Assembly (NCBI GenBank): GCA_963727775.1
Contig: CAVSHB010000003.1
Location: 192,001 to 256,000 of the forward strand
DNA length: 64,000 nt
DNA from: an uncultured Nitrospiraceae bacterium
Lineage (GTDB): Bacteria > Nitrospirota > Thermodesulfovibrionia > Thermodesulfovibrionales > SM23-35
Direction: 5' to 3'
Part shown: positions 51,275 to 64,000 of the stretch, piece after piece
Position numbering within the stretch: position 1 is the first letter of the stretch
How the letters are laid out: each line of letters starts with the position of its first letter
The notes under the pieces: model-generated
The model's input: only the letters and a program-made list of their open reading frames with translations
Database searches by the model: none
Told to the model about the DNA's origin: nothing
Translations under genes and position numbers: made by a program

Positions 51275-52314
51275 GCTTTTGTCCTTTCCATCGCAGCATT
51301 GTATTCGCCACGGCGCGCAGCCCGGTTGCATTTGGCTCGATGATACAAAGCTTGCTGTGCCGCTAGCACATAGGCCTCCTCGCCTTGCCAAATCTCCAAA
51401 GCCGGTTGCTGGATAGCGCGGGCAAATGAAAACGCCAACGCCCAGGGCAGTCGCGACTTGAATCTGACATTCATGGCATTCAAACGGGCCGAGGCCAGTT
51501 CGCCGGATTGCCCGCCCGACAAGAACGCAATCCCCGGAACGGCAGCGGGAACGGTGCGCAAAAGACACGTCACCGTGGCGTCAGCCACCTCGTCCACCTC
51601 TTCTTGCTTGGGGCAAGTTAATCCCGGAAGCACCATGTTGGGCTTCAGGATTATACCCTCCAGCACCACCCGTTGTGTGTAAAGCTGGTTGAAAACCGTT
51701 CGCAGCACTTTCTCCGTTACCTCGCGGCATCGCCCCAGGGTATGCTCGCCGTCCATGAGCACTTCCGGCTCGACGACTGGTACAAGTCCGGCTTCTTGGC
51801 ACAACGCGGCATAGCGAGCCAACGCCTGTGCGTTAGCCTCGATGCACCCCCCGCTGGGAATGCCAGCGCCCACGGTAATCACCGCGCGCCACTTGGCAAA
51901 GCGGGCGCCCATTTGAAAATATTCCTTGAAACGGTCGCGCAATCCGTCCAGACCTTCGGTTATTTTCTCTCCGGGATGACCTGCCATGTCCTTTGCACCG
52001 GTGTCAACTTTGATGCCGCGAATGATTCCCGCATCGGTGATTACTTTAACAAAGGGAGTGCCATCTTTCTTCTGCTGGCGGATCGTCTCGTCGTAGAGGA
52101 TCACGCCACTAATGTACTCGTAGAGACCAGGCGTGGTCACAATCAACTCCCGATAGGCGCGCCGGGCCTCCTCGGTCTGGGGTATGCCCAACCTGGCAAA
52201 TCGTTTGTTGCAGGTTGTATTACTTTCATCCATCGCCAGCAGGCCCTTGTCGCCGGCAACCAGCGTCCTCGCAGTGGCTATTAGCTCTTGTGAATGCATC
52301 TCTGATGCCTCCAA
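51271..52314 (-). CDS. fba: Class I fructose-bisphosphate aldolase (eukaryote-like Glycolytic family)
   Basis: [29 protein letters not shown] and FLSGGQ motifs. Confidence 0.95.
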   Translation of the reverse strand: MEASEMHSQELIATARTLVAGDKGLLAMDESNTTCNKRFARLGIPQTEEARRAYRELIVTTPGLYEYISGVILYDETIRQQKKDGTPFVKVITDAGIIRGIKVDTGAKDMAGHPGEKITEGLDGLRDRFKEYFQMGARFAKWRAVITVGAGIPSGGCIEANAQALARYAALCQEAGLVPVVEPEVLMDGEHTLGRCREVTEKVLRTVFNQLYTQRVVLEGIILKPNMVLPGLTCPKQEEVDEVADATVTCLLRTVPAAVPGIAFLSGGQSGELASARLNAMNVRFKSRLPWALAFSFARAIQQPALEIWQGEEAYVLAAQQALYHRAKCNRAARRGEYNAAMERTKA

Positions 52315-52374
52315 TTATTAATGGATCATGATCTGGCAGTGTCTCTGGAATATATACAAAAGTATTTTCCCCTA

Positions 52375-52830
52375 TTAAGACTTCTTCTCTGTTTCCAATG
52401 CGGCCACTTTTGCAAGACGGCGCTTGAACCGCTCGTCCCCATTGAAATGGGCGCTCAGGAATATCTGGACCAAATCCCAGGATAGAGCATATCCGGTGAC
52501 ACGGCCGCCCAGACACATAACATTCATGTCGTCGTCCTCTACCCCCTGATGTGCGGAAAAGGAATCTGTAATCAACGCCGCGCGCACGCTGGGCACCTTG
52601 TTGGCTACAACGCAAGCACCTACCCCGCTGCCGCAGATGGCCAGGCCCCGGGTGACCTCACCCCTTGCCACCGCCCTTGCCAAGGGCACCACAAAGTCCG
52701 GATAGTCATCTCCTATAACCAACCCAAGGGCGCCAAAGTCCGCCACCTCATGACCGGCGGCCTTTAGGGCCGCAGTCAGTTGCACTTTCAAATCAAACCC
52801 GCCATGGTCTCCAGCTATACCAATGCGCAT
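52375..52830 (-). CDS. rpiB: Ribose-5-phosphate isomerase B
   Basis: DHGG, DDYPD, CGSGVG and NK motifs. Confidence 0.92.
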   Translation of the reverse strand: MRIGIAGDHGGFDLKVQLTAALKAAGHEVADFGALGLVIGDDYPDFVVPLARAVARGEVTRGLAICGSGVGACVVANKVPSVRAALITDSFSAHQGVEDDDMNVMCLGGRVTGYALSWDLVQIFLSAHFNGDERFKRRLAKVAALETEKKS

Positions 52831-52861
52831 TATTTTCCTCCTCGCTCAGTGTTTCCTCTTT

Positions 52862-55312
52862 CTACACTCTGCCCTGACTCCACTTCCAGTTCCGGATTTC
52901 CGGCATGTCTTGGCCGTGCTTGTTGATATATTGCTTGTGCTCGATGAGCTTGTCCTGTACCAGCTGTTTTAGGTAGGCCCCCTTAGCGCCCAACTGTGGT
53001 AGCCGGTCAACCACGTCTTGAACCAGGTGGAACCGGTCCAGGTCGTTCTGCACCCTTACATCAAAGGCAGTCGTGATCGTGCCCTCTTCCTTGTAGCCTC
53101 GGACATGCAGGTTGCGGTTGGTCCGGCGGTAGGTCAGGCGGTGGATCAGCCAAGGGTATCCATGGAAGCCAAAGATGATGTGCTTGTCTTTCGTGAAGAG
53201 CGAGTCGTAATCAGTGTCGGGTAGCCCGTGCGGGTGCTCTGTGTTGGGCTGGAGCTTCATGAGATCGACGACATTGATCATTCGGATTTTCAGGTCGGGC
53301 AGATGCTCACGCAGAATAGAAACAGCGGCCAAGATCTCCAGCGTGGGCGTATCTCCGCAACAGGCCATTACCACATCCGGCTCGGTGCCCTGGTCGTTGC
53401 TGGCCCATTGCCAGATGCCAAGTCCTTCCGTGCAATGTACGACTGCGGCATCCATGGTCAGCCATTGGGGCAGCGCGTGCTTTCCCGCGACTACCACGTT
53501 TACATAGTGTTGGCTGCGCAGGCAGTGATCAAAGACGGACAACAGGCAGTTGGCATCGGGCGGAAGGTAAACGCGCACGATATCGGCTTTCTTGTTGATG
53601 ACGTGGTCTAGGAAACCGGGATCCTGGTGGGTGAACCCGTTGTGATCCTGCTGCCAGACGTGGGAGGCAAGTAGATAGTTCAAAGAGGCGATCTTCCGCC
53701 GCCACGGCAATTCAGCGGTGACTTTCAGCCATTTGGCGTGCTGGTTGAACATCGAATCAATGATGTGAATAAACGCTTCGTAGCAGTTAAACAATCCGTG
53801 CCTTCCGGTCAGCAGATATCCTTCCAACCAACCTTCGGACTGGTGCTCGCTGAGCATCGAGTCCAGCACGCGTCCAGCGGGCGCAAGGAATTCATCATTT
53901 TCTACTGTTCGAGCGTTCCACTGACGATTGGTTGTTTCAAAGACCGCGCCCAGGAGATTCGAGAGTGTCTCATCGGGACCGAAGATCCGAAAATTGCGCT
54001 GATCTTGATTTAGCTTGGACACGTCACGCAGGAAATTACCCAACACAAGGGTATCTTGGCCGTCAACGGCGCCGGGCGAAGGCACCTTCACCGCATGGAT
54101 ACGGAAGTCGGGCATGCGCAGGTCGCGCAGTAGAATTCCGCCATTGGTGTGCGGATTGGCACCCATGCGCCGATCGCCCTTCGGCGCCAGCTCTGCCAAT
54201 TCCGACATAAATCGGCCATCCTCATCGAACAGTTCTTCTGCCTTGTAGCTCTTCATCCAGCTTTCAAGCTGCTTGAGATGATCGGGATGCTCGGAATCCA
54301 CCAGAAGCGGCACCTGGTGCGCCCGGAACGTGCCCTCAACTTGCAGACCATCGACGACTTTCGGTCCCGTCCAGCCCTTGGGTGACCTCAAGACGATCAT
54401 TGGCCAGCGCGGCCGGGTGGCATCTTTCTTGTTCCGCGCATTGCTTTGGATTTGCCGGATCTCCTCAATAGCCTTTTCCAAAATGGCGGCCATGAGTTGA
54501 TGCATCTTCTCCGGGTCATCGCCTTCCACAAAGTAGGGTGTCCAGCCGCAGCCTCGCAGAAATTGCTCCAATTCCTCATGCTCGATGCGGGCCAGTACGG
54601 TCGGGTTGCTGATCTTGAATCCATTAAGGTGCAGAATCGGCAGCACAACTCCGTCGGTAATTGGATTGAGAAACTTATTGGAGTGCCATGCAGTCGCCAG
54701 GGGGCCTGTTTCCGCTTCGCCATCGCCGACGACGCAGGCGACGATCAGATCGGGATTGTCGAAGGCGGCCCCGAAGGCATGGCTGAGCGAGTACCCCAGT
54801 TCGCCACCTTCGTGAATCGAGCCAGGCGTGGTCGGCGCAACATGACTGGAAATCCCACCCGGGAACGAGAACTGCGTGAACAGCTTCTTGAGTCCGGCCT
54901 CATCCTGGCTGATGTTCGGATAGACCTCACTGTAGGTGCCCTCGAGGTAAATGTGAGCCACCAGCGCCGGGCCGCCGTGACCGGGACCAGCGATGTAGAA
55001 CATATCCAGGTCATACTTTTTAATGACCCGGTTCAAATGCACGTAGATGAAGTTCTGCCCCGGTGTTGTTCCCCAGTGTCCGACCACCAGCGGCTTCACA
55101 TGAGATAGTTTCAGCGGCTGCTTCAATAGCGGATTGTCGTAGAGATAAATCTGGCCGACCGACAGGTAGTTAGCGGCGCGCCAATACGCGTTCATCTTTC
55201 GCAGCAGGTCGGGCGGTAACGGCTTGTCCGTATTGTTCTTTTTCTCCGTATCCACGGCGACGTTTTTCTTGCCCTCTTTTTTCACCTTCATAACAATGCT
55301 CCTTTCAGACAC
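52862..55312 (-). CDS. xfp: Phosphoketolase (XFP family)
   Basis: [26 protein letters not shown] and QDHNGFTHQ motifs. Confidence 0.96.
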   Translation of the reverse strand: MSERSIVMKVKKEGKKNVAVDTEKKNNTDKPLPPDLLRKMNAYWRAANYLSVGQIYLYDNPLLKQPLKLSHVKPLVVGHWGTTPGQNFIYVHLNRVIKKYDLDMFYIAGPGHGGPALVAHIYLEGTYSEVYPNISQDEAGLKKLFTQFSFPGGISSHVAPTTPGSIHEGGELGYSLSHAFGAAFDNPDLIVACVVGDGEAETGPLATAWHSNKFLNPITDGVVLPILHLNGFKISNPTVLARIEHEELEQFLRGCGWTPYFVEGDDPEKMHQLMAAILEKAIEEIRQIQSNARNKKDATRPRWPMIVLRSPKGWTGPKVVDGLQVEGTFRAHQVPLLVDSEHPDHLKQLESWMKSYKAEELFDEDGRFMSELAELAPKGDRRMGANPHTNGGILLRDLRMPDFRIHAVKVPSPGAVDGQDTLVLGNFLRDVSKLNQDQRNFRIFGPDETLSNLLGAVFETTNRQWNARTVENDEFLAPAGRVLDSMLSEHQSEGWLEGYLLTGRHGLFNCYEAFIHIIDSMFNQHAKWLKVTAELPWRRKIASLNYLLASHVWQQDHNGFTHQDPGFLDHVINKKADIVRVYLPPDANCLLSVFDHCLRSQHYVNVVVAGKHALPQWLTMDAAVVHCTEGLGIWQWASNDQGTEPDVVMACCGDTPTLEILAAVSILREHLPDLKIRMINVVDLMKLQPNTEHPHGLPDTDYDSLFTKDKHIIFGFHGYPWLIHRLTYRRTNRNLHVRGYKEEGTITTAFDVRVQNDLDRFHLVQDVVDRLPQLGAKGAYLKQLVQDKLIEHKQYINKHGQDMPEIRNWKWSQGRV

Positions 55313-56537
55313 CTTTATTATTTTCGCGATTATGTTCCTTTTTAATTGTAAGACCCAAGACGCAGCAGACCGTGTTGGCGATCATCCATTCCTCGTCTGT
55401 GCGAATGATGCGAACCGCGGCCCGGCTGGCCTCCGTCGAAATAACGCCCTCATTCGCGGCGTTTCGCTTTTCTTCGATTTCGATTCCAAGGAATCCCAGC
55501 CCATCGCAAATCCTGGCGCGGACCGTGGGCGCATTCTCTCCGATGCCACCAGCGAACACAAGTGTTTCCATTCCGCCCAACGCCGCCGCGAAGCCGCCGA
55601 TCCATTTCTTGACCTGGTAGCAAAACAGCGCGATCGCTTCAGCCGCCCGCACGTCATGCGTTTCACGGTCGAGCAAGTCACGCATGTCGGAACTGGTCTC
55701 CGACACGCCGAGCAGCCCGGACTGGAAATTGACCATCTCATTGAATCGTTTTGCATCAAGGCCCTCGGTGCGCGCCAGATACCAAAGCAGTCCGGGATCG
55801 AGATCGCCTGAGCGGGTGCTCATCGGCACCCCGGCCGTTGGGGTGAAACTCATGCTTGTGTCCACGGATTTGCCGTCACGCACCGCCGCCAAGCTCGCGC
55901 CATTGCCGAGATGGGCGAGGATGACCCGGCCTTGTGCCGCTTCCGTTCCGGCCAGGCGAGCCAGTTCTTCCATCAGATACGAGTATGACAAGCCGTGAAA
56001 GCCATACCGCCGTACCCCCTGCGCTTCGTAGCGGCGCGGTATCGGCAACAGCTGGGCTACACGCGGCAGGTCATGGTGAAACGCCGTGTCGAAACACGCC
56101 ACTTGCGGCAGGTCAGGAAATCGGCGATGAAACGCCTCGGTCAAAAGGATCTCCTCTGGCAGATGCTCGGGATCAAATGGACTGAGCCGGTGCAGTTCCT
56201 CAATCATTTCCGCAGTGATTCGCTGCGGCTTGCTATACCTCGGTCCGCCATGCACTACGCGATGCCCCACCGCGGTCAATGCATCATGACTGCTGCGTTC
56301 CTCGATCCAATCCATTAGAGTGCCTACCGCCACCGTGTGATCCGGCGCCGTCACTAACCGCGAAAAGTTGTCCGCCTGGTCTAAGCCCTTCACTATCAAG
56401 GTGGCCTCCGGCAGTCCAATCCGCTCAATCCCACCCTCCAGAATCCGTCGGAGCGAGTCACCGGCCTCGAACAGCGCGAACTTGATGCTCGACGAGCCGC
56501 CATTGATCGTCAGGATGCGTGGGTTAGCTGATTTCAT
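55305..56537 (-). CDS. ackA: Acetate kinase
   Basis: [33 protein letters not shown] and GGIGEN motifs. Confidence 0.95.
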   Translation of the reverse strand: MKSANPRILTINGGSSSIKFALFEAGDSLRRILEGGIERIGLPEATLIVKGLDQADNFSRLVTAPDHTVAVGTLMDWIEERSSHDALTAVGHRVVHGGPRYSKPQRITAEMIEELHRLSPFDPEHLPEEILLTEAFHRRFPDLPQVACFDTAFHHDLPRVAQLLPIPRRYEAQGVRRYGFHGLSYSYLMEELARLAGTEAAQGRVILAHLGNGASLAAVRDGKSVDTSMSFTPTAGVPMSTRSGDLDPGLLWYLARTEGLDAKRFNEMVNFQSGLLGVSETSSDMRDLLDRETHDVRAAEAIALFCYQVKKWIGGFAAALGGMETLVFAGGIGENAPTVRARICDGLGFLGIEIEEKRNAANEGVISTEASRAAVRIIRTDEEWMIANTVCCVLGLTIKKEHNRENNKGV

Positions 56538-56689
56538 GGATGACTCCTTCGTCATTGTGCAATCCGAACGAAGCCAGTTTCGCGCACGTAGACTTGTAAT
56601 CCGCGTGAAGAATGCTTCGAATGCCCAAACCTTCCGCGATCTGGACAAACATCGGGGTGTTGTCGATATAGACTACCTGCCGGGTTGGC

Positions 56690-56900
56690 ACCTGGGCAAT
56701 GTCTATCGCAAACCGGAAGATGTCCGATGACCGGGATAATGAAAAACAGTCTCGGCCCCTTCAGGGAACAGACCTTGCCTAACCACAATATCACCACCCT
56801 GTCCAACTGATCCGCAACCTTAATTGCGAGAGAGACAACGATGGCGATAACAAAGGCACTAACTCTAATCCACACGTTCTCCATGTTGGCTGTAACTCCA
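56690..56900 (-). pseudogene. SPFH/band-7 (slipin) N-terminal relic
   Basis: TM segment then AIKVADQLDRVVILWLGK..SLKGPRLFFIIPVI; degenerates afterwards. Bounds approximate. Confidence 0.6.
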
Positions 56901-56998
56901 TTCGAGTACCTCCCTAATTTAGGCACCTGAATTTGATGCCCAAGACTTGTTTTTTCTAATCTTGCTTGTCAATTCGACATCCTCCATTCGAAATTCAA

Positions 56999-59545
56999 TT
57001 ACCGCTGCCACAGGATCCGTGCAGCTTCCAGGGGAACCGCGATACCGTCGCAGCGCGGTATTGCTCGCACCGTATAGTCTGTCGCCGAGCGGGCTGCAGA
57101 CACAGCCACGCTATAAACATAGTCGCGCGACGCGCCCGACGGTTGTTGGGCGAGCTTCAGCTCCTGCCGCACCGAACCGCCACCGTTAACGCCATCGGCA
57201 TAAAGCTCTACACGCACCGCCTTGGGGTCGAGGTCATTGAGATAGATCTGAACCTCAAATACATGCTGCTTCCCGTTAGTCTTGATTTTCACTTCGCCGA
57301 AGTGGAGTGCGTCCCATTTTTGCTCCACCATATGCCGCCACTCAACCACCTCTCTCCCCACGGCCCCTTTACTTGCAGCCCGTTTGCAATAGGCTATAGC
57401 AGCCGGGAGGTAGTGTTGCTCAGTGTATTCGCGCACCGCGCGGTTGGCGGAGAAGCGCGGTGTCAATCGTGCCATGCTTTCACGCATTCGCGCCACCCAG
57501 ACGGTGGGGATGCCCTTCTTGTCGCGAGTATAGAACTCGGGGATTACCTTGCGTTCGAGCAGGTCATAGAGTGCCTCTGCTTCGATAGCATCCCAGGCCG
57601 GATCGTCGCCATGTTCTTGGCCGTCTCCCATTGCCCATCCTACTTCAGTCGTGTAGGCTTCCGCCCACCAGCCATCCAACTCCGACAGATTGATGCCGCC
57701 GTTGACAAGAACCTTCATCCCGCTGGTACCGCAGGCCTCCCAGGGCCGTCGCGGTGTGTTGATCCAGACATCTACCCCCTGCACCAGATGCTCCGTCAAA
57801 AGCATGTCGTAATCACTGAGGAAAATCACATGGGGGCGCGCCTCGGGCCGCCGGATAAAATGGGTCCATTCCTGAATCAGGGCCTGCCCCGCCTGGTCCG
57901 CCGGATGGGCCTTGCCGGCAAGGATAAGTTGCACCGGGTGCTCTGGATTGGTTAACAAGTGAAGCAGTCGATCCGGATCGTGCAATAAGAGATTTGGTCT
58001 CTTGTAGGTTGCGAAGCGGCGCGCAAAACCCAGCGTCAACGCATTGGGATCAAGCAGGTGCTTCGCACCGTTAACCGCCTCGGGTGAAGCACCGGAGGCG
58101 GCCAGTTGCCCGGACAAGCGTTCGCGGGCGTATTCAACGAGAGACTTGCAGGTGGCAATGCGAAATTCCCAGAGCCTGGCATCAGCGATGCGGCAAATAT
58201 CCTGCTCCAGGGTTTCTGTTGTCCCCAGCCAGCGATCTTTACCACAGGCTTCCGTCCACAAATCGTCAGATTCTGCAGAGTCCCAGCTCGGCATGTGAAC
58301 TCCGTTGGTCACATGTCCGACTGGCACTTCGTCTTGCGGCCAGTGCGGAAAAAGAGGCTCAAAGAGTTGCCGGCTCACCTTCCCATGCAAACGACTCACG
58401 CCATTCACCGCCCCGCTTCCGCGGATCGCCAGATTGGCCATGTTGAAACTTTCCGACGAGTCATTCGGGTTCTGGTGGCCCAGAGCCAGCAAATCGTGGA
58501 GCGTGATATCGAGTTTCTGCTCTGCGTAAGCACCGAGGTATTGTTCGATGAGGGCGGGAGCAAAGCGGTCAAAGCCGGCGGCCACCGCTGTGTGCGTGGT
58601 GAAGAGGTTACCCGCTCGTGTCACGGCCAGCGCGACTTCGAAGGGCTGCCCTGTATCATTCATGAAACTCCGTGCTCGTTCCAAAATGGCGAAGGCGGCA
58701 TGTCCTTCATTCAGGTGACAGACTTCCGGCTGCATACCGAGTGCGCAGAGCAAGCGCCACCCGCCAATCCCAAGCATCATCTCTTGTTTCAGCCGCAACT
58801 CCGGTCCGCCTCCGTATAGCTCGCTAGTAATGCCTCGGTGAGCGGGTAGGTTCGCAGGGTCATTGCTGTCGAGCAGGTAAAGCTGGACTCTGCCAACCTG
58901 GACCTGCCAGGCACGCAGCCAGACCGGGTAACCGGGCAAATCGAGCTTCAGCCGCAACCACTCCCCGTTCGCTTCGCGCAACGGCGTGATGGGCAATTGC
59001 CCGGGATCGTTGTACGGAAAAAGGGCCTGTTGCGCTCCATCTTTGTCGATTACCTGGCGGAAATAGCCTTGTTGGTAAAGCAGTCCTACACCGACCACTG
59101 GCACACCCAGATCACTGGCTGCTTTGAGCTGATCGCCGGCCACATTGCCCAGCCCCCCTGAGTAGATGGGCAGAGCCTCGCTCAGCATGAATTCCATGCT
59201 GAAATACGCGACACGGGTAAGAGGTGACTTGGGATGATTTTGCTGAAACCACGCAGGGGCTTTCGCCTCCTGACGCCTAGCTCGCACAAGTGCATCGACC
59301 TTCTTGCGGAAGGCTGGATCTGCTGACACGCGCTGGAGTTTCTCCCTTGAGACAGTCTGTAAGACGACCCAGGGGTTTTGAGTTAACTCCCAAAGCTCGG
59401 GATCAAGCCGCCGCCACACTTCGTCGGTAGCATGGTTCCATGACCAGCGCATATCCAGGGCAAGCTCCGCGAGGGAATCGAATCCTTCGATGTCCATAGG
59501 TAAAATACTGTAGATCGGCTTGCTGATAAGTGTTTCTTTGCTCAT
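56999..59545 (-). CDS. glgP: Alpha-glucan (glycogen) phosphorylase
   Basis: [28 protein letters not shown] and EACGTSGMK (PLP Lys). Confidence 0.96.
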   Translation of the reverse strand: MSKETLISKPIYSILPMDIEGFDSLAELALDMRWSWNHATDEVWRRLDPELWELTQNPWVVLQTVSREKLQRVSADPAFRKKVDALVRARRQEAKAPAWFQQNHPKSPLTRVAYFSMEFMLSEALPIYSGGLGNVAGDQLKAASDLGVPVVGVGLLYQQGYFRQVIDKDGAQQALFPYNDPGQLPITPLREANGEWLRLKLDLPGYPVWLRAWQVQVGRVQLYLLDSNDPANLPAHRGITSELYGGGPELRLKQEMMLGIGGWRLLCALGMQPEVCHLNEGHAAFAILERARSFMNDTGQPFEVALAVTRAGNLFTTHTAVAAGFDRFAPALIEQYLGAYAEQKLDITLHDLLALGHQNPNDSSESFNMANLAIRGSGAVNGVSRLHGKVSRQLFEPLFPHWPQDEVPVGHVTNGVHMPSWDSAESDDLWTEACGKDRWLGTTETLEQDICRIADARLWEFRIATCKSLVEYARERLSGQLAASGASPEAVNGAKHLLDPNALTLGFARRFATYKRPNLLLHDPDRLLHLLTNPEHPVQLILAGKAHPADQAGQALIQEWTHFIRRPEARPHVIFLSDYDMLLTEHLVQGVDVWINTPRRPWEACGTSGMKVLVNGGINLSELDGWWAEAYTTEVGWAMGDGQEHGDDPAWDAIEAEALYDLLERKVIPEFYTRDKKGIPTVWVARMRESMARLTPRFSANRAVREYTEQHYLPAAIAYCKRAASKGAVGREVVEWRHMVEQKWDALHFGEVKIKTNGKQHVFEVQIYLNDLDPKAVRVELYADGVNGGGSVRQELKLAQQPSGASRDYVYSVAVSAARSATDYTVRAIPRCDGIAVPLEAARILWQR

Positions 59546-61236
59546 AGGTTCTCCTTCACATTTTTATTGCTTGCAAGCCCTGACCGCTGTGGCGCCGCAG
59601 CCAAAGCATCGTTGACTATTGTTTGCGCTTCCTCTAGGATGCGGCGCAGATGATCTGATCCACGGAAGCTCTCCGCATAGATCTTGTAGATGTCTTCCGT
59701 CCCTGACGGACGCGCTGCGAACCAGCCGCTCTCCGCTATTACTTTCAACCCGCCGATGGGAGCGCCGTTGCCCGGCGCGTGAGTGAGGACAGCCTGGATT
59801 CTTTCGCCCGCCAGCTCGGTGAACTTAACCTGCTGGGGTGAGAGTTTCGCCAATAGTTCCTTTTGATCCGGAGTGGCCGGCGCCTCAACGCGGTCGTAGG
59901 CAGACTCACCGAGATCGCGGGTGAGTTCGTGGTAGATTTCTCCGGGATCTCGGTCCATCCGGGCCGTAATCTCCGCCGCGAGCAAAGCTGGGACGATCCC
60001 GTCTTTGTCCGTCGTCCAAACGCTGCCATCCAGACGAACAAACGATGCGCCTGCACTCTCTTCCCCGCCGAAGCCAAGCGAGCCGTCGAGCAGGCCATCC
60101 ACAAACCATTTGAAGCCGACCGGCACTTCGTAGAGCTTCCGCCCCAACTTCGCGGTGACGCGGTCAATCATCTGGCTGCTTACCACTGTCTTGCCAACAG
60201 CCGTTTCCATGCGCCATTTCGGTCGGTGTTGGAAGAGATAGAAGATGGCGACCGCAAGGTAGTGGTTGGGTGGCAGCAGTCCTGCGCTCCGGGTAACAAT
60301 CCCGTGGCGGTCGTGGTCGGTATCGCAGGCGAATGCGATCTTGAAGCGATCCTTCAGGCCGATTAACCTCTGCATCGCATAGGGTGAGGATGGGTCCATG
60401 CGGATCTGGCCGTCCCAATCCACAGTCATAAAACGAAAGGTCGGGTCGACGGCCTCGTTCACAACCGTGAGGTTCAACCCGTAGCACTCGGCAATCGGTG
60501 CCCAGTAATGAACTCCGGCTCCACCGAGCGGATCCACCCCCAGGCTGATCTTCGCGCCGCGAATAGCGTCCATGTCGATTATATTGCCGAGGTCGCTAAT
60601 ATAGGCATTAAGGTAGTCATGCCGGTGCGTCGTGGAGGCGCTAAAAGCCTTCTCGATAGGAATCTTTTTCACACCCAGAAGGCCGTTCTCGAGAAACTCG
60701 TTTGCCTTCGCTTCGATCCAATCGGTGACGGCGTGTTCCGCCGGTCCGCCGTTGGGCGGGTTGTACTTGAAACCACCGTCATTTGGAGGATTGTGTGAGG
60801 GCGTGATTACGATGCCGTCGGCGAGTCCTTTTTTGCGTCCGCGATTGTAAGTGAGAATCGCGTGGGAGATAACAGGCGTTGGTGTATATTCATCTTTCTC
60901 CGCGATCATGATATCCACCCCGTTGGCCGCCAGCACCTCCAGCGCACTAGCACGAGCTGGCACCGAAAGCGCGTGCGTGTCCATACCGAGAAACAGTGGG
61001 CCATCGATCTTATGCTGCTCCCGGTACAGGCAAATGGCCTGACTGATGGCGAGAATATGCCATTCGTTGAAAGCTTTCTGGAAGGCCGAGCCGCGATGCC
61101 CTGAGGTGCCGAAGGAAACCCGTTGCTCCGGCATCAAAGGGTCAGGCACCTCGGTATAATAGGCAGTGATCAGTTTAGGTACGTTAACCAGCATCGATGG
61201 TTCGGCCGGCTTTCCTGCAAAAGGACTCACTTTCAT
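59542..61236 (-). CDS. pgm: Phosphoglucomutase
   Basis: [26 protein letters not shown] and RPSGTE motifs. Confidence 0.96.
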   Translation of the reverse strand: MKVSPFAGKPAEPSMLVNVPKLITAYYTEVPDPLMPEQRVSFGTSGHRGSAFQKAFNEWHILAISQAICLYREQHKIDGPLFLGMDTHALSVPARASALEVLAANGVDIMIAEKDEYTPTPVISHAILTYNRGRKKGLADGIVITPSHNPPNDGGFKYNPPNGGPAEHAVTDWIEAKANEFLENGLLGVKKIPIEKAFSASTTHRHDYLNAYISDLGNIIDMDAIRGAKISLGVDPLGGAGVHYWAPIAECYGLNLTVVNEAVDPTFRFMTVDWDGQIRMDPSSPYAMQRLIGLKDRFKIAFACDTDHDRHGIVTRSAGLLPPNHYLAVAIFYLFQHRPKWRMETAVGKTVVSSQMIDRVTAKLGRKLYEVPVGFKWFVDGLLDGSLGFGGEESAGASFVRLDGSVWTTDKDGIVPALLAAEITARMDRDPGEIYHELTRDLGESAYDRVEAPATPDQKELLAKLSPQQVKFTELAGERIQAVLTHAPGNGAPIGGLKVIAESGWFAARPSGTEDIYKIYAESFRGSDHLRRILEEAQTIVNDALAAAPQRSGLASNKNVKENL

Positions 61237-61347
61237 TGCCATATCTCCTCGATGCAATTTAAGCATCGCTCACCAGGATCGAAAGGCAGCAAGAGAAACC
61301 GTATGCTCAATCCACCTTTATATCAGGAGTATCGCAGATAAATGCTC

Positions 61348-61815
61348 TCAATATTCACCTTTCCCCGGTTCTTCTTTAATGAGTAGAATTGAACAGGGTG
61401 TCTTTCGAATGATCTCTTCCTTAATGCGACCGAAGAGGAAATGCTCCAGGCGCCATTCTGAATGGGCAAGCATAATAATCAGGTCGATCTTCTCTTCCTT
61501 TACAACTTTCAGAATCTCCTTTATCGGCTCTCCCTCTCTGAGCATTTCTTTTATCGACATACCTTTCTTCTTCTCCTGATTTATCACCGCATCCAGTTCC
61601 TCTTTTGCTTCTTTAATAATCCTTTTGTATTCTTCTTCCAGGGATGGTATGGGCAAATTCCATCCCGCGAGATCGAAACCGAAGGGGTGATAAACTACAT
61701 GAAGAACATAAAGCTCCGTACCATATTTTTTAGATAGTGAAACTCCGTATTGAATTGCCTTTCTGCTGGATTTCGTCATACTGCTCACCACAAGTATTCG
61801 TTTTACATCTTCCAT
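61348..61815 (-). CDS. Universal stress protein
   Basis: KRILVV, ELYVLHV, GEP..EI...IDLIIM and PCSILLI motifs. Confidence 0.88.
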   Translation of the reverse strand: MEDVKRILVVSSMTKSSRKAIQYGVSLSKKYGTELYVLHVVYHPFGFDLAGWNLPIPSLEEEYKRIIKEAKEELDAVINQEKKKGMSIKEMLREGEPIKEILKVVKEEKIDLIIMLAHSEWRLEHFLFGRIKEEIIRKTPCSILLIKEEPGKGEY

Positions 61816-61877
61816 ACTTTACCTCCTCATTAATAAGAGATTTATTAAAAACTAATCGGACCAATGCTTCTCTTCAT

Positions 61878-63511
61878 CCTAAAAAAAGCAGTTAGAGATC
61901 ATGCCACACCAGTTTGAGGGAGCAATTTCCCTGAATTTATGTTCAAAGGGCCGATGATTTTTCTAAAAGCATGCATTGCTACAATCCTCATCCGCTCAGC
62001 GATATTCAACTGCTCCGCAGTGGTCCTAATATCCCCGAGGAACAGTGATAGTCGTAACAATGCTCCCCGCACCTTTTCAGCCTTTGCATGAGGACTGGTA
62101 ATAGTCAGAAAAGTCTGTCCCCCATGTTTTGTCTGTTTCGCAACTGCGTGTAACAGCAACGGTCTGCTCGTTATTGCCTCATGATGTTTATTTGGATTGG
62201 CCAGGCGCACAAACAGCGACCACCAGTTATATACAAGAGCTACCATGCGACTAATCATGCGGCATCGCTTCAAATCCTTTGTCGTATATCCGCCCCAGCC
62301 CCACTGATTCTTTAACTCGTCAAAGATATTTTCACTGTCTGCACGATCCCGGTAATGCTGTGCAATACTTGATACCTCATCAGAAAGAGAAGTCACCAGC
62401 ACCGTGTACTCATACTTAGCCACTCCCCCTTGTGTCTCGATGAAACTCATCTCCATTTGATCTTTCCCTTTTTTCTGCAAAAGAATATCCCCAGGTATAG
62501 GTCGGCGCAGCACGATCACCCGGCGACTACGGCTCCACCCAAATAACTTCAGCTCTGACTCCATTCCATAGTATCCGGCACCGGCTTTTACCCATTCTTC
62601 CATCTCAAACATTCTCTCGATCAATCTTTTTACATTCTTCGTAATCCTCAGCTTTGTGACATAATGTATACTACGTTTTTCTGCCTCTGATAACACTCCC
62701 TCTACTCCAAACGCTATATCTCCACGGATGAAGGCCGGCCGATTATCCCGGGGAATACTCTCTACCAATTCCCATAATCCAGCCGTGCTGTGACTCGATG
62801 CGGTCTCATTGCCCGCCTTCACTTCTACCTTTAACGCTAATCGTGTGTTTGCCATAAAATAACTGTGGTAACTGTGTGAGGGCCGCCCAGGTTTCTTAGG
62901 ATTATATCCCACAACTGCCCCCTCTTGTTTGCCATACAGACACTTTACCGTCGTGTCCGTATCAAGTATCCAGGAGGGGCCTGATACTGCCGATAATACA
63001 GGCATCGTGCAGCGTGCAAGCTCTGATTCAAGCCATTGTATCCCAGTCCCTTCTTCTATCTGCAATAAGGCCCGACGCGCCGCATCTTCACTGATTATCT
63101 TATCCATCCCCAATAACTCGGGATTCACTCCATCACTTCGTATCGCTGCGATATGTGCATATCGCTTATGTCCCGCAAGTATCGAAAGCATGAGAGTGCC
63201 TAACACGTTTCTCTTCTTCGGCGCATTCGGGCTGCTATAGGAGAGGGGACACTCTTTTACAAAGGAATCAAACAACCCGCTGACTTTCAGAAATTCTATG
63301 AAAAATGGCAACTGCCCCAATGGGGTAACAGCTGCATCAGGGTCCCATTCTACGTGTATCTTCCCCGCATATGTATCAATTCCTACTGAGTTGCTCCTTG
63401 CTATCGCACGCCGTTTTGCCTCACCCATTAGGTGAACCCTCCTGCCACTCTTTTTCCGTTTATTATTGCATGCTTCGCCCCTTATGTGTATCCCGTACCG
63501 CTTTTTTTAGG
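61878..63511 (-). mobile_element. IS1380-family insertion sequence, complete
   Basis: TIR CCTAAAAAAAGC(A/G)GT, 14/15 match (61878-61892, 63497-63511); 5-bp TSD TTCAT on both sides. Confidence 0.9.
61899..63428 (-). CDS. DDE transposase (IS1380-like)
   Basis: LDTDTT, GYNP, RGD and YRDRADSENIFDELK motifs. Confidence 0.9.
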   Translation of the reverse strand: MGEAKRRAIARSNSVGIDTYAGKIHVEWDPDAAVTPLGQLPFFIEFLKVSGLFDSFVKECPLSYSSPNAPKKRNVLGTLMLSILAGHKRYAHIAAIRSDGVNPELLGMDKIISEDAARRALLQIEEGTGIQWLESELARCTMPVLSAVSGPSWILDTDTTVKCLYGKQEGAVVGYNPKKPGRPSHSYHSYFMANTRLALKVEVKAGNETASSHSTAGLWELVESIPRDNRPAFIRGDIAFGVEGVLSEAEKRSIHYVTKLRITKNVKRLIERMFEMEEWVKAGAGYYGMESELKLFGWSRSRRVIVLRRPIPGDILLQKKGKDQMEMSFIETQGGVAKYEYTVLVTSLSDEVSSIAQHYRDRADSENIFDELKNQWGWGGYTTKDLKRCRMISRMVALVYNWWSLFVRLANPNKHHEAITSRPLLLHAVAKQTKHGGQTFLTITSPHAKAEKVRGALLRLSLFLGDIRTTAEQLNIAERMRIVAMHAFRKIIGPLNINSGKLLPQTGVA

Positions 63512-63572
63512 TTCATACATCCTCAAATTTCTCCTGGACAGTTACAAAAAAACAAAACAGTGAGGCGTCTTG

Positions 63573-63686
63573 TTATCGGATGATCGCGATGACGAGCAAA
63601 TTATGAATGAATCCGCGAATCGTGTGACCGCTCACCAGCCCCAAACACACTAAGCACCACGAGTATCAAAAGGTCGTCCAAAGCAT
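63573..63686 (-). pseudogene. lmo0937-like small membrane protein, frameshifted
   Basis: RBS GGAGG; MLWTTF / LILVVL / LGLVSGHTIRGFIHNLLVIAII in three frames. Confidence 0.6.
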
Positions 63687-64000
63687 TCTTGCCTCCTTCC
63701 CGGCAACAAGAGTGCCTGCCTTGTGTTATGTCATTGATTAGAAAAGCACAATATGTACCAAGAGGCAACCCATTGAATTTAATGGAATCTTAGGACAGAA
63801 GAAACAAATCAAAGCAGGCAAGTTGTCTTATCGAAAGGGAGTTTTGACTAAAGCAGATTATAAGAATAATGCTCCTGTTTTTATTGATTTGCGAAATAAT
63901 AACACGCTTTCTACGTTGCGGCTTGTACAACGAGTTTCTTCAAAAGCGTGGGCTTACTTCCTTCAGCACATTGTGGATGCAGGTCCACTATCCGTCTAAA

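Noticed and set aside
46671..61104. Many long plus-strand ORFs (e.g. 46671-47492, 56966-57955)
   Set aside because: Antisense shadows of GC-rich metabolic genes with no recognisable motifs.
1..64000. CRISPR array or cas genes
   Set aside because: No regularly spaced repeat-spacer series and no Cas motifs were seen.

Overview
Bacterial chromosomal window. The host may be Nitrospirota/Thermodesulfovibrionia-like, inferred only weakly from the tmRNA tag ANNELALAA and a DsrC/TusE-like relic. 1-7 kb is host core: an LPS/cell-surface locus (GT4, Thr-type sulfatase-like enzyme, CysD/PAPS-reductase-like protein, WaaL), ugd, smpB and ssrA. Downstream of ssrA is a long, partly decayed accessory region. 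It contains a TerS-like phage/satellite relic split by IS200, three distinct IS110-family elements, glycosyltransferases with a LarA homologue, and a VWA-OmpA protein. It also contains a nested mobile stack: an integrase+IS91-like element whose transposase is split by a RIT element and whose right end is hit by an IS110. Further on are a Ybh-type ABC efflux system, a tail-to-tail fusion of two PIN paralogues, a HigBA-type TA pair, a GC-rich glycogen-phosphoketolase-acetate/P3A H+-ATPase operon and an IS1380 with TIRs and TSD. The strongest signal is the IS110 at 26972-28779. Its downstream non-coding region folds like a bridge RNA and carries two 9-nt guides (GGCTTAGTT and GTGGAGAAC) that exactly spell its reconstructed insertion site GGCTTA-GTT-CTCCAC, which overlaps the terminus of the IS91-like element. 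All structures and matches were read by eye; no database searches or folding programs were run.
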